A stretch of 64,000 nt of DNA from Heteronotia binoei (Eukaryota): NCBI RefSeq assembly GCF_032191835.1, contig NC_083236.1:39618001-39682000 (forward strand), given 5' to 3'. The translations under genes and the position numbers were made by a program. The notes under the pieces were generated by a model that was given only the letters and a program-made list of their open reading frames with translations, did not search any database and was not told the origin of the DNA. Shown here piece after piece: positions 32,331 through 45,307 of the stretch. The number at the start of each line of letters is the position of its first letter. Position 1 is the first letter of the stretch.

Positions 32331-34144
32331 TGAGTGTCCAGCCCAAACGGTACCAAAACCACCCAGTTACACCCATCCATCCAGTGAATACCTGCAATTC
32401 ACAATCTATTATTCTTGAGTAAGTCTATTCAAAAGGGCCATCACCGGGCCATTAAGGACTCCTTAGTTACTGAGGGGTCTCCCACCCCTCAGAACTCTAT
32501 ATAACATGAGCTAAAGCCCATTTCAGTGTGCATTCTGTAGGGCGCCATTGCAGTCTGTACCCCCGTTACTCCTGAAATTGGGTCTATAGGACTTGCTATG
32601 CTGGTCGTGCTTGTCCATCTCTCCAGTTTTCCTGCTGAATGGACATCTCCTCTTCTGGATCAGGTGAATATTGCCCTCCTCAATGATCCCTAAATTCTCT
32701 ATCGATAACCTCTATCCTTCCTAGCTTCTTGATTGTGTATTGTGTATCTCTGTGTGTGAATGTATTCTTTTTTACATATTTTAAGTAAACATTATAAAAT
32801 ATGTTTGCCTGGAGCATTCTTGTCTGAAAACCAACCTCGGTATCATTGAAGTAAAGATCCTTTACTCCTCATTCGCTCTACCTAGTCTCCATATTTGCTA
32901 ATTTCCCCATTTTAAAAGGAGATGCAAAGCATTTCCCGTAACACTTGAATACAAGTAGCTCCCATGATCCCTATCCTAGCGTTTTGGGGACCCCTCATTA
33001 GTCAGCAGGAAAACTTGTGGGATCCAGCCCTGTATTCATATTTCTCAACAGTATAATTATGCACTCAAGAATTTGGAATGCAAGGAAAAGCAAACTTGTG
33101 AGGAAGATGTACTGTAATGCAAAACTGCAGGAATTTGTCAAAAGTTGACAGGTGTCAGTGTCATCTTGCTCCCTAGACTACAATAGCCCATATCAGTGTA
33201 GAGCTTTCATTAAGTAATCATATAAAATGAATGTGCTTAATATCAAATATGCAAATCTCTAAGGTGCTTTGTAGATATGCGCCAAACAATGCAAAAAAAC
33301 CCCACGTTTCCTTGACACTTTTTTTTTGTAGCAAATCATCACATCAGTTCCCAGCACCTTGATAATATGTGGAAATCCAGTAGCACTGTAATTCCACATT
33401 GACAGTTCTGTATAAAGCATTATATTAAAGGAGAGCATTAAAGTATTCCAGAAAATAGAGACTGTTGACAAGCACTCACCTGAGATGAAAAGAGTGGAAG
33501 TGGATTTGTCAAAGACATAACCAAGAGCTACTGCTTTTTAAAAAAAAAAGAAATTAATATTTTGGACGCTGGAAGTATGGGAAGTAGAAGGGTTGAGTGA
33601 ATAAGACCTACTTTCCCCGTTTCAGGCTTTGCTTTTTATATCTATGTCCTTTGAAATATGAAGCTGGAGCTGCAATCGATGGGGACCACACCACAGTGGT
33701 AGAACATCTGATCTCCATGTTACAGATTAAGGTTGCCAGGCAGTGTCTGGCAGCTAGCAAGAAGGTTGGGGGAACACAGCATTGTAAGATAAATCTTTGT
33801 TTTAATGCAGTCTCCTGTACTTACCAGAAGTTCTTACTATAAACTCTATGGCTTCTGGTGATTCCTAGAGCTGCCCTGTGTCAATTCTAGTAAGAACTTT
33901 TGGTAAATACACCAGGCTGCATTTAAAACAAAACAAAAATCTCCTGGCACTGCTCCATGTGGCAGTGGGAACAAGACCCCCACAGGGGCCAGTGGCTTGG
34001 CAGCCCCATTCTCAAGATCAGACTCTGGCATTGGATGTTAAAGGGAACAGGTAGCAGATGATGTCGAAGACCTCTACCGGAGATCACAGGTTGCTACTGT
34101 GAGTCAGATGAGATAAGGCTGAATTAGATAGACCAGTGATCTGA

Positions 34145-34425
34145 TTTTTTTATTTATTTATTTATTTTTATTTATTTAAGATTTATATCCCGCCCTTCCC
34201 ACAAGTGGCTCAGGGCGGCTTCCAATAGTAGATCCATCAAAATTACACATATAAAGGGATCCATATTTAAAACAGATAAAACAGATAAAACCCTAGTTAT
34301 TAATACACATAAATATTTCAGCTATATATAAAAGGAATCCAGCAAGTTACAGTAAAATTCTCAAGCTAAGTATAGGCTAGCCGGAAGAGGGTCGTCTTAC
34401 AGGCCCTGCGGAACTGAACAAGACA
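34145..34425 (-). mobile_element. LINE 3' end (L2-like) with (TAAA)n tail
   Basis: Reverse complement of 38725-39020 (GGGCCTGTAAGACGACCCTCTTCCGGCTAGC ... GCCGCCCTGAGCCACTTGTGGGAAGGGCGGGATATAAAT). Confidence 0.75.
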
Positions 34426-34429
34426 TCCT

Positions 34430-35730
34430 TCATGGCTTCGCAGTATGCAAACATTTTCATGGCAGATCTAGAACAGTGTTTTCTGAATTCCTACCCATTG
34501 GCATTCCTATCCTTTATTTGGAATTCCTATCCTTTATTTGAGATTTATTGGGATTCCTGTCTTTTATTTGAGAATTATTGATGACATTTTCATTGTCTGG
34601 ATCCAAGGCAAAGTAGCCCTTGAGAGATTTCACCAGGCTTTCAACATCTTCCACCTCACCATTTATCTAACTATCGGTGCGATCAGATGGGCAAGTTGCT
34701 ATGGCAAGATCTCAGCTTTTTTAAAAACACTGGATTTAGTGCCACTTCACATTGATTAGATGGCGGCCACTAAGCTGGTATCAGCACCAAGAGCCCATGG
34801 TTGGTTGGTTGCATCACTAACACACTGCAACCACAGATCCACAGCTGGGTTGGCACAGATCCACAACTGGGTTGGTTTTTTTTCCTAAGTCCCATTGTGT
34901 GCTGTGCAGAAGCAGACAAGCACACATGTGCTCCTGGCTGCCTTCTACAGAGGTGCTGAAATACATGTGGGAGTGGAGTTGGGGGGGGGGGAGAACATGC
35001 TGGAAACTGTGTGGAATGATCACACCACTCATGCATTTCCATGGTGCGTCAGGGTGATCAGATGACCAGAAACCCACCATAGAAACACTTCACCAAAGAA
35101 GCCACCCAAATTTGCCAGTGGCTATTTAATCAGTGTGGGAGTTATTTTAGCATGAGGTAAGGGTGAGTGGGGCACAAAAGCCAGATGTGTGCATGTGATC
35201 GTGCCTATTTAATCCAGAGGTGAGGGGTGGATATGACAGACCAAATTGCTCATCTGATCACACCCTATGAATTAGTCTACACAAGAAATAAACTTCCTGG
35301 ACACCACAGTATTGATACACAAGGGAATCCGACAGATTGGCAAATGTATCTACATATCTACATGCTCCCAGCTACCACCCCAACCACATGGCCAGGGCCA
35401 GTGCTATAGTTGGATCTGCTCCAACCCCTCAGACAGAAACACTCACTATAGCAGGCATTTTTGAAACTACAATATCCTCCTGATATGGTGAGAAAGTTGA
35501 TTGGGAAGTCCCAAATAATAACTAAGGAAAGCTGGCTACAAGCCAAGCCAAAATAAACTGACAACAGAACACCACTGGTGTTAAATACAGCTCACAACTC
35601 AAGCTAGTTCAATGTATTATTATCAACAAGTCCATGCTAGCTAGTGACACTTTCTTCACACAGGCACTAGGAATCAACCTTTTCTTGCCTGCTAACCTAA
35701 AACAACTTCTCACCCACATGTAACTATGAA
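34430..35730 (+). mobile_element. Penelope-like RT fragment interrupted by a MITE
   Basis: QYANIFMADLEQ, IIDDIFIVW and (after removing the insertion) LTMN.STQEINFLDTT are PLE RT motifs. Confidence 0.75.
34675..35265. mobile_element. PIF/Harbinger-type MITE (591 bp)
   Basis: TIR CGGTGCGATCAGATGGGCAAGTTG / CAAATTGCTCATCTGATCACACCC with a 3-bp TSD TAT. Removing it restores the Penelope reading frame. Confidence 0.75.
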
Positions 35731-35789
35731 GCCTCCTGAGCTCTTCTGAAAGAACTTCAGTTTCACTAAGAAAGCCAAGACTGGCTATT

Positions 35790-36145
35790 TAGAATCTCAG
35801 AGCTGGAAGGGGCCATACAGGCCATCTGGTCCAAATCCCTGCTCAGTGCAGGATCAGCCTACAGCATTGCTGACACGTGTTGCTTAAAGACTGCCAGCAA
35901 GGGGAAGATCACCTCTCCCTCAGTAACTGGTTCCATTGTTGAACAACTCTTGTTGTCAAAAAGTTTTTCATACTATCCACCCTTAATTTAAACCAATTAT
36001 TTTGAGTCCTCTCTTCAGCAGCCAACAGGAACAGCTCCCTGCCCTTCTCTAAGGGACAGCCCTTCAATCATGCCCCCCCCTCAGCCTTCTCATCTCCAAA
36101 CTGAACATTTCCAAGTCCCTCAGCCTTTCCTCATAGGGCTTGGTC
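35790..36145 (-). mobile_element. CR1 LINE 3' fragment
   Basis: AGAATCTCAGAGCTGGAAGGGGCC...GGCCATCTGGTCCAAATCCCTGCTCA is the reversed CR1 3' UTR pattern. Confidence 0.7.
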
Positions 36146-37859
36146 TTTGGAGAAAAATGAAAGAAGCAAAAGAGGAAAAGAAAGTGGAGGGGGGGGAGTG
36201 GGTGCCAGGAAATACATCAGCAGGCACTCTGGTGCCCAGAGGCACCAACCTGGGGATCACTGAATTAGCCAAAGCAGACTTACAGTGCGTAGCTGCTGAT
36301 GAAGCCTGCAAACAAAAATCAGATAACACTTTCCTGCAACCAGAACAGGGCCTGCATTTTTAAACACTGGCTGGTTTGCAAGAGCAGTGTCAACGCAGGA
36401 GAAAGAGAAGATTACAAAAGGAATCAGATGACTGGAGGGATTTGAAAAGATGAATATTTTCAGGGAACGACTTAATTTTATCTGCTTTCATAGATTTAAA
36501 TTTTGTAATCATCCAGCCTTCGTAAATGCAGCCTTGTCTCCTGTGTCTTTGGCAAACAAACATTGGAAGATGTTTGTTCTGATGTGAATATTTTCATAGC
36601 TAGAGTGTCCCCCCCCCCTCCCCCTTAACACTGCTATTGTCTGATTTATATATATTGGCAAAGTCGAGGGAAAGTCAGAGATGCCTTTCTTTCTCTATTA
36701 CTTCCTTAACATGAATGTGGTTTTCCTGTCCTCTGTCTTTGATGCGCTGGGTGCTCAATATTGCCAGCAATATAAATCCATGCTTCAATCTTATTTACAT
36801 AGACAGAAGTTATGTAGTGACAAGGTCTCTTCAAGGCTTGAATGGTTTGTTAATAACATGTACTAAATAGCATCTGGTATCAATCTTGTCCCAGAGATAT
36901 GCCTGTCATGATTTAAAGCTTTCATTCTTTGAATTCAAAATCTAATTTTTAATGCACTTTTTGTCAGCTATGTTCCTAGCTTTTAAATGAGATTCTGTCA
37001 TCTTGACATACTCCCAGATAAATTGAAATTTAACTAGGGGAAAATGGAGGTAAAAACCCTCCTAGAATATTATGTACACTCTATATTCGCTCTTTCTTGG
37101 CCCTCTTTATGCTATCATTTTTCCCCTCTGGAATTTGGGACAAATTTCAGCCTCAGGTTTGTTTACTGTTTCCAGAAGAGTCTCAAAGGGTATGGTCAGT
37201 TCATTTTTTTTAAATGAAAAGAAAGAAAAGAAAAATCCCTTTGGTGAGAACAGGGAATGTTAGCTCACCTTTCCTTCATTTAATGGGAAGTGATGTTTAA
37301 TATTTTATCTTATAGTGTTCAGTTAAGGTTGACTTTTTTAAAAGCTCAGCAACATGGACATTTAGAGATGTTCACCCTTCTATTCCTTTATCGCTCCAGA
37401 ATTTTCCTTGCATTTTTAATGGACGGAATTTCTAAGATTAGTTCGGGAGATATGAGCATGAACATTTGGAAGCAGGATTCAATTACATCACTTCATCTGA
37501 TTCTCTTCTCCTTTCCCCATTTTTTTTTAAAAAAATATTGGATATAGACTATTCTCCCCCATACTTGGGGCTCATGCATGCGAAATTACAAATGTGACCA
37601 GATTTAAAATAATTAAAAACAGGGGGTAGAAAACCATTTCAGTAATAATCGCAGGTGGCGTCTGAGTCAATTTGCTTATTCAAGGGGAGAACGAGCGAAA
37701 AAAGAGGTCAGGCTATTTTTTTTAAGAAGACTGCAGATTTATACCCCACCCTTCTCTCTGATGACTGATGATGGGGAAGGCAATGGCAAACCACCCCATA
37801 AAAAGTCTGCCGTAAAAACGTTGTGAAAGCAACGTCACCCCAGAGTCAGAAACGACTGG

Positions 37860-38046
37860 NNNNNNNNNNNNNNNNNNNNNNNNNNNNNNNNNNNNNNNNN
37901 NNNNNNNNNNNNNNNNNNNNNNNNNNNNNNNNNNNNNNNNNNNNNNNNNNNNNNNNNNNNNNNNNNNNNNNNNNNNNNNNNNNNNNNNNNNNNNNNNNNN
38001 NNNNNNNNNNNNNNNNNNNNNNNNNNNNNNNNNNNNNNNNNNNNNN
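37860..38046. other. Assembly gap
   Basis: N run. Confidence 1.
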
Positions 38047-38270
38047 CAGAGCAGCTTACAATCTGTTTTATCTTCTTCCTCCACAACAGACACCCTGCGA
38101 GGTGGGTGGGGCTGAGAGTTCTCTCCAGAAGCTGCCCTTTCAAGGACAGCTCTGTGAGAGCTATGGCTGACCCAAGGCCATTCCAGCAGCTGCAAGTGGA
38201 GGAGTGGGGAGTCAAACCCAGTTCTCCCACATAAGAGTCCACACACTTAACTACTGCACCAAACTGGCTA
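38047..38270 (-). mobile_element. tRNA-derived squamate SINE
   Basis: Reverse complement of the 13941 family. Confidence 0.8.
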
Positions 38271-38724
38271 TTGCTGGCCTCAACCGCAGGCCTGGCAGAA
38301 CATATCTGCCTTAACAAGCCCTATAGAACTGAACTAGGTCCCACTGGGCACAGATGTTATTTGGCAGAGAGTTCCACCAGCTCAGAACCAGAACTGAAAA
38401 GCCTTTGATTGAGGGCAGCCAATTTTTTTTTTTTTGGGGGGGGGGCAGGGATCACCAGAAGATTTTTACTCAACTGAGTGCAACACTCTTCATGGGGTGT
38501 ACTTGAGTGCACTGAAGTCTTGATAAAATGCTGAAAAAATGATGTGATCATAATGACTTGTTTTGGCATGGGATTAAACAATATACAGGAGAGCATGATG
38601 TAAAACACTGCATGGAAAGTGTATTGATGTATAGCTTGATACAACTGGATTATAGCAAACTTTGCAGTATTTTATCAAGGTTCATGTACAAACTAGGACT
38701 GTAGAGGAAAAAGGACACACTTGC

Positions 38725-39020
38725 CATAAGAGGGCCTGTAAGACGACCCTCTTCCGGCTAGCTTACACCTAGCTGGGATGAAAACTTGATGTAACTGGCC
38801 AGCCATCTGTTTATATGAAATGAAATGTTACTGGTTTTTAAGGTTTAATTGTTTTTATGAAATTGAAATGTTACTGGTTTTTAAGGTTTTAAATGTTTAA
38901 GTATCTAATTGTTTTATACTTAAAATTGTTTAAATTTTATGCTTGATCAATTGTTGGAAGCCGCCCTGAGCCACTTGTGGGAAGGGCGGGATATAAATCC
39001 CGAATAAATAAATAAATAAA
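38725..39020 (+). mobile_element. LINE 3' end (L2-like) with (TAAA)n tail
   Basis: Matches 34145-34425 in the opposite orientation. Confidence 0.75.
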
Positions 39021-40359
39021 TACATAATATGCATTGGTAAACACACACAAAGGAAGTAGCTTAAGTTCTAGGCTTACAAGCCTCCAGGTGGGGCCTGGAG
39101 ATCTTTGGCTTTTACAACTGATCTCCAGCTGGCAGAGATCAGCTCCCCTGGAGTAAATGACTGTTTCAAAGGGTGCACCATGCTGAGACCTCTCCCCCCT
39201 CCTTTCCAAATCCCACCCTTTCCTGGATCCACCTTAAAAGTCTTCAGGTATTTCCAACACAGACCTAGAAACCCTAAGCTTAACACAAATAAACACAAAA
39301 TCACATCAAGACTGATATCTGTGGTGTTTTATTTGCACATCAGTAAAACACCTGTTGTCATCATGGCCATTGCCGATCCCTTCCCCATGCTGTGGAGAAC
39401 AGCACTTGACATTAGGATGAATAGTTTTAGACAGGTTAGGAAATTTCCAGATATTTGGGGGGCATGCTAGGGAGGGTGGATTTTGGGAAGGTGGAAGCTT
39501 AGTAAGGATTTGAAAATTGCCATTTCTATGAGGGGAGCTAATCTTTGTAGTCTGGATTCCAGTAGTCTGTCATTCCAGGAGGGCTCTGGCCTCACATGGA
39601 GGTTGGCAAAGTTGCTTCAAACATGGCCACTCTTGCCATCCATCTCTAGGATCACTGCTTGTTTTCTACCCAAATCGAGAGAGAACACAATTTGGTGACC
39701 AAAATTTGAGCTGAAGTACAGAGACATCACAACAAGTAGGCATCCTACATCCTTCAGGCCATTTGTAGCCTTTGAAGAGATCCCATCTGGCCTCTCAGCC
39801 TGCTGGGCGCCATCTGCACTCTGGCAGCCTTCACCACCACCTGCCCTATTCTTCAACATCTATCCTTCTCTAAGTATCCTTGCAATGGGGATGCAGCAGT
39901 GGCTTCTGTTCATATACTGATAACATCCTCTACACAAGGAGGACACAGGATCCCAAAGTGGGTGGTGAAACTCGTGGTGTTAATATAAACTTTTAATTCT
40001 TCTTTGTCCATTTTCTCTCTGAAATCCATTTTTAAGGCATTTGGAGTCTGTTTCTAATCAATTCCAAGAGGCATTTGAAGATAGGAGAAGCGGAAAAGGG
40101 ATCCTGAAAATTTCCATATTGCATTTTGTAGATGCTTAGAGACAGCCTGTGTCTTTTCAACCTTCCTATCCTCTGCTAGATAACCACCTTGTGATGTGTA
40201 ACTTAACTGCAAGGGTTGAAGTTACTAAAGGGTACCTTGGTTTCTCTTCAAAGAGAAATGAAGGAGAAGTCTTCCTTTAGAAGAGAGAGAGAAAAAAGAT
40301 TAACAGGAATCAATGTGAGTAAAGTGCCATCAAATTGTAGCAGACTTATGGTGACCTGG

Positions 40360-40640
40360 TAGGGGCGTAGCTAGGGCTTTCGGGGCCCGGGGCCCAAGAT
40401 TTATGTGGGCCCCCCTACGTGTGTGCATGCCGCCGGAAACAGGAAGTGACATAACTTCCGGTGACGTCACTTCCGGTGACGTCATGCCACCGCCGGAAAC
40501 AGGAAGTGACATAACTTCCTGTGACATCACTTCCCCCAAATGACATTATTTCCCCCAAATGCCACTGCCGGAAACAGGAAGTGACTTCACAGCACTTCCT
40601 GTGACGTCCCCAAAAATCCCCCAAATATCACCGCTGGAAA
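40360..40640. mobile_element. End of a non-autonomous DNA element with GGAAGTGAC/TGACGTCA subterminal repeats
   Basis: Starts AGGGGCGTAGCT, with three CCGGAAACAGGAAGTGAC units. Confidence 0.5.
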
Positions 40641-41506
40641 CAATTTTGTTCTCAAATCCTGTATATACTTCATCAGTATATGGGATAAGGCACTTTCTCA
40701 ACTGTGCTGCAGAATGCAGCCTATTTATTTTGTCCTGTTTGCTCTGTTGGCTCTATCTGCGCCACCTTCATCACTTTCGGGGTGTGGATCCCCCAGTGGG
40801 GTGGGCTCCCGACTCCCTCCGCTGGCTGTTTCTGATAGCCCTGCGCCCCCTCTTTCAATTGATATGTGTCCCGTGCGGGTGCCACCCTCCTGCCGGGAGA
40901 TGCTGCAAAATGAGCCCCCTTGAGGCTTATGACGGCAGGGCTCGGGGGAAGCGAGCTAGACTGCTGTTCTTTTGAGGGGTTATAGAGTGTTTCGAGCCCG
41001 TCCCATCGGTCCCACCGAAGCAGCCTGTCACTAATAACACAGGTCAAGATGCAGGACAGGAACCCGGAAGTGACCAACAGGCTGCTTCAGCGGGCCGCTG
41101 CGCCGCCCCCCTGGGTCCCACAACGATGGGACCGATGCCACAGGGACGGGCTCGAAACACTCTATAACCCCTCAAAAGAACAGCAGTCTAGCTCGCTTCC
41201 CCCGAGCCCTGCCGCCATAAGCCTCAAGGGGGCTCATTTTGCGGCATCTCCCGGCGGGAGGGTGGCACCCGCACGGGACACATATCAATTGAAAGAGTGG
41301 GCGCAGGGCTATCAGAAACAGCCAGCGGAGGGAGTCGGGAGCCCACCCCACTGGGGGATCCACACCCTGAAAGTGATGAAGGTGGCACAGATAGAGCCAA
41401 CAGAGCAAACAGGACAAAATAAATAGGCTGCATTATGCAGCACAGTTGAGAAAGTGCCTTATCCCATATACTGATGAAGTAAATACAGGATCTGAGATCA
41501 AAATTG
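40641..41506. repeat. 866-bp foldback (about 375-bp inverted arms, 112-bp spacer)
   Basis: 40641-41014 is the reverse complement of 41127-41506 with about 10 substitutions and one small indel. Confidence 0.92.
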
Positions 41507-41663
41507 CACCAGAAGACACAAACACAAAGCTCCCTTACACTGAATCAGTGCTTGGGTCCACCAAAGTCAGTATTGTCTACTCCAGGGGTGGCCAGAGTTG
41601 CTTAACAAAAGAGCAACATAAAATAAAGGTCAGAAGTTTGAGAGCCGCAAGACATGAACATCG

Positions 41664-42525
41664 NNNNNNNNNNNNNNNNNNNNNNNNNNNNNNNNNNNNN
41701 NNNNNNNNNNNNNNNNNNNNNNNNNNNNNNNNNNNNNNNNNNNNNNNNNNNNNNNNNNNNNNNNNNNNNNNNNNNNNNNNNNNNNNNNNNNNNNNNNNNN
41801 NNNNNNNNNNNNNNNNNNNNNNNNNNNNNNNNNNNNNNNNNNNNNNNNNNNNNNNNNNNNNNNNNNNNNNNNNNNNNNNNNNNNNNNNNNNNNNNNNNNN
41901 NNNNNNNNNNNNNNNNNNNNNNNNNNNNNNNNNNNNNNNNNNNNNNNNNNNNNNNNNNNNNNNNNNNNNNNNNNNNNNNNNNNNNNNNNNNNNNNNNNNN
42001 NNNNNNNNNNNNNNNNNNNNNNNNNNNNNNNNNNNNNNNNNNNNNNNNNNNNNNNNNNNNNNNNNNNNNNNNNNNNNNNNNNNNNNNNNNNNNNNNNNNN
42101 NNNNNNNNNNNNNNNNNNNNNNNNNNNNNNNNNNNNNNNNNNNNNNNNNNNNNNNNNNNNNNNNNNNNNNNNNNNNNNNNNNNNNNNNNNNNNNNNNNNN
42201 NNNNNNNNNNNNNNNNNNNNNNNNNNNNNNNNNNNNNNNNNNNNNNNNNNNNNNNNNNNNNNNNNNNNNNNNNNNNNNNNNNNNNNNNNNNNNNNNNNNN
42301 NNNNNNNNNNNNNNNNNNNNNNNNNNNNNNNNNNNNNNNNNNNNNNNNNNNNNNNNNNNNNNNNNNNNNNNNNNNNNNNNNNNNNNNNNNNNNNNNNNNN
42401 NNNNNNNNNNNNNNNNNNNNNNNNNNNNNNNNNNNNNNNNNNNNNNNNNNNNNNNNNNNNNNNNNNNNNNNNNNNNNNNNNNNNNNNNNNNNNNNNNNNN
42501 NNNNNNNNNNNNNNNNNNNNNNNNN
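41664..42525. other. Assembly gap
   Basis: N run. Confidence 1.
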
Positions 42526-42970
42526 CAGCCCCCCCCGCTTTCAGCCCCCTCCCTCCCTGCCTGCCCTCCTTACCTGCATCCAGGGCGGCGGAGAGTCCGG
42601 CGGCGGCGAGGCGGCGAGTCCAGCGGCGGCTAGGCCGCTGGAGGGCCTCCAGCGACCAGCGCCGGCTTCTCCGACGCCCTCCCCGGCCTCCGCCTGCACT
42701 GGAGGCCCGCGCGCGGGGCCCTGCGGCGGTCGCGGAGCCGGGGAAGCGTCGGAGAGGCTGGCACTGGTCTCTGGAGGCCCTCCAGCGACCAGCGCCGGCC
42801 TCGCCGCCGCTTCTCCGGCCTCCGCCACCGCCGCCGGGCCCCGCACGCGGGTGGGGAAGGCGGCGAGTGCAGCCGGCTTCTGAGGGGCCCCTTGGCATTG
42901 CCAAGGGGCCCCCAGACCCCCCAGACCTGGGGCGGCCTGCCCTCCCCGCCCCCCCTTCCTACGCCACTGG
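42526..42970. mobile_element. GC-rich end of a non-autonomous DNA element with internal duplication
   Basis: GGAGGGCCTCCAGCGACCAGCGCCGGC occurs twice and the block ends CTACGCCACTG (TIR-like). Confidence 0.45.
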
Positions 42971-43218
42971 GGGGGCACACAATGCTTTGGAAGATGGACT
43001 CTGTTATAATATGCCCTGCTGACTTCCTTCCTGTCCCCAATTCTGCCTTCCCCTGGCTCTACCTCCCCCCCAAATCTCCAGGTGTTTCCCAGCCCAGAGC
43101 TGGCATGGCAACCCTAGCTATAGCTGCTTCCTTGCCTCAGCAAGTGCTGCATAAGCATCCCCTGACTCACTGAAGCTGGCCCACAGTCATGTTTACAAAG
43201 CTGGGACAAAAACAATGC

Positions 43219-43358
43219 NNNNNNNNNNNNNNNNNNNNNNNNNNNNNNNNNNNNNNNNNNNNNNNNNNNNNNNNNNNNNNNNNNNNNNNNNNNNNNNNNN
43301 NNNNNNNNNNNNNNNNNNNNNNNNNNNNNNNNNNNNNNNNNNNNNNNNNNNNNNNNNN
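43219..43358. other. Assembly gap
   Basis: N run. Confidence 1.
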
Positions 43359-45307
43359 AGGAATACCTTGAAATTTTTCTTTAGAGTTTCAATGAATGAA
43401 ACAGAGGGAAGCTATCAGGAATGTGCACCTCATCAGTAGCAATCTACTCTGCTGTATTAGACTATTTACTCACATTTATCTGACTTGGGATCAATGGAGT
43501 TATTAAAAAAAAGCCCCCAATGCTATTATATTTAATCATCATTAGTCAGGAAAAGTGAATACCATTTTTATTCATCTTGGAGACTAGAAATGTTCATTAA
43601 GCGGCTGTGAAAGAACCTGCTAGATTCTCCTTCAGCAATCAATCCTATTGGGAGGACATGTAGCAAGAAAGAGGATTTCAGCAATTTTATCCCTACACCA
43701 CTTCAACTTTAATTGCCACAATCCCCAGCACCTAAATTTATCATGCTTATGGCTGAGCAACTGTGCCCCTAGTGCCTATTTATAAGCATTTGAAAATTCA
43801 CATCTCCCCAGATCTTGATGGGGTAAATAAACAGTGTCAACTTTGCCCTTCCCCTTAATTTTCACTTACTTTTTTTTCTTTTAATCCACTCAGCACTAAC
43901 TTTTCACAAGGATCCCACACAGTGGCTCGGTTTGCTGTTTTTGAGTAGTGCAAACAATAATCACCACCAATTTTAAAATGAAATAATGGTCAGAAGGAGA
44001 GCTGCAACTCACTGTATCAGCTTTGTAACAATGCAAATCCTGCTTGGAAATTATTCCAAATGAAAGGAACAGAGTTTGTAAGGTTTCGCTGCAGGGCCCA
44101 AACTTGAGGGAGCAATGGGACAGGAGCCTTTGACCTGGGAACAGAACTCAGACTTATATTTGATGCTGCCAAAATAAATCCAATATTGATAATTCACATG
44201 CAGCTCATGGGATTATGTGTATGAGGAAGGGGGGGATGGCAACTGTGTGAACCAAGCTTAGAGAAAGGATTCTATTTATATGATCAAGCTACTGCGCTAA
44301 ATGTGCTCATTAGGAACCTGTACTAAAATAAAATTTGTTCCTATGAGGTCATCATTTCTGGGAGTTGGGGAAATGGTTTCATTTATGGAATTTTGGTACT
44401 TGTATAGAAGTTAACAGGTTTGCATTTTATAACCAGAAGGCTCCAAACATGAAGGTTCTGTTTAACTATTGCAATTAATAACAGCATTAGTCATAGCCTT
44501 TGTGCCAGGACTGGCAACCTTTTTCACCAGAGTGCCAAAAATTGTACAAAGTCTAACTAGGGATGCACAAACACTCATCAGTTCAGTTCGCATCCTGTTC
44601 ACAGGTCCCAAACAAGAAATAGAATGTTCAGTGGGGATGGGCACAAACTGCTTTTTTTGCTGAACCACAAACCAAAACACTGATTTGCAAACAAAACTGC
44701 TTTGTATCAGTTCATGAGCCATATAAAATTTAAACCCCTGATTTCTGCTCCCTGTGACTTTTTGTGGGGAGCAGAAAGCAAGAATTTAAATGGCTCTGAG
44801 CTGTTTAAAACAAACAACTGAGCCATTTAAACCAAGCAGCCATTTAAACCAAAAAGCTGAGCATTTCTTCTGCAGTTTTTCATGAAGATCAGAACTTTCT
44901 GCTCTTCACAAACCACTGCATACCTTCACAAACTGCATCAAATTCCTAAAAGTTCATGGTGTTTTTCCAGTTCATGAACATTGCTCCATGAACCAGGAAC
45001 TGCCCAAAATTTGCGATGAACTTTAATTTGTCAACTGGTTCTTGCCTATCCCTGATTTTCAGTTATGGGTTTATCTGCGTATTGACCTTTTTATGGAAGG
45101 TTGCTTCACTGTATTGCTTCCTAATAGAACAAACTAGTGCAACTTTTCCCTACTGTGCCACCAGAAGGGGGTTTTTGTGGTCTTAAAAGTCTAATTGCGG
45201 TTATGAAAATCTGTAATTGCTGTTATGAAAGCTCACACTAATATTCTAAGAATCTACTGCCACCATCTCTCAATTCACATCTTTCATTTAAAAAGAAGCC
45301 TACAGTC

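Noticed and set aside
40432-40607. Repeat-spacer pattern resembling a CRISPR array
   Set aside because: The context is eukaryotic, the spacers are themselves repetitive, and there are no cas genes.
41446-42904. ORFs of about 400 aa in the track
   Set aside because: They run through an N gap and are artefacts. The same applies at 37.7-38.3, 43.2-43.4 and 60.9-61.1 kb.
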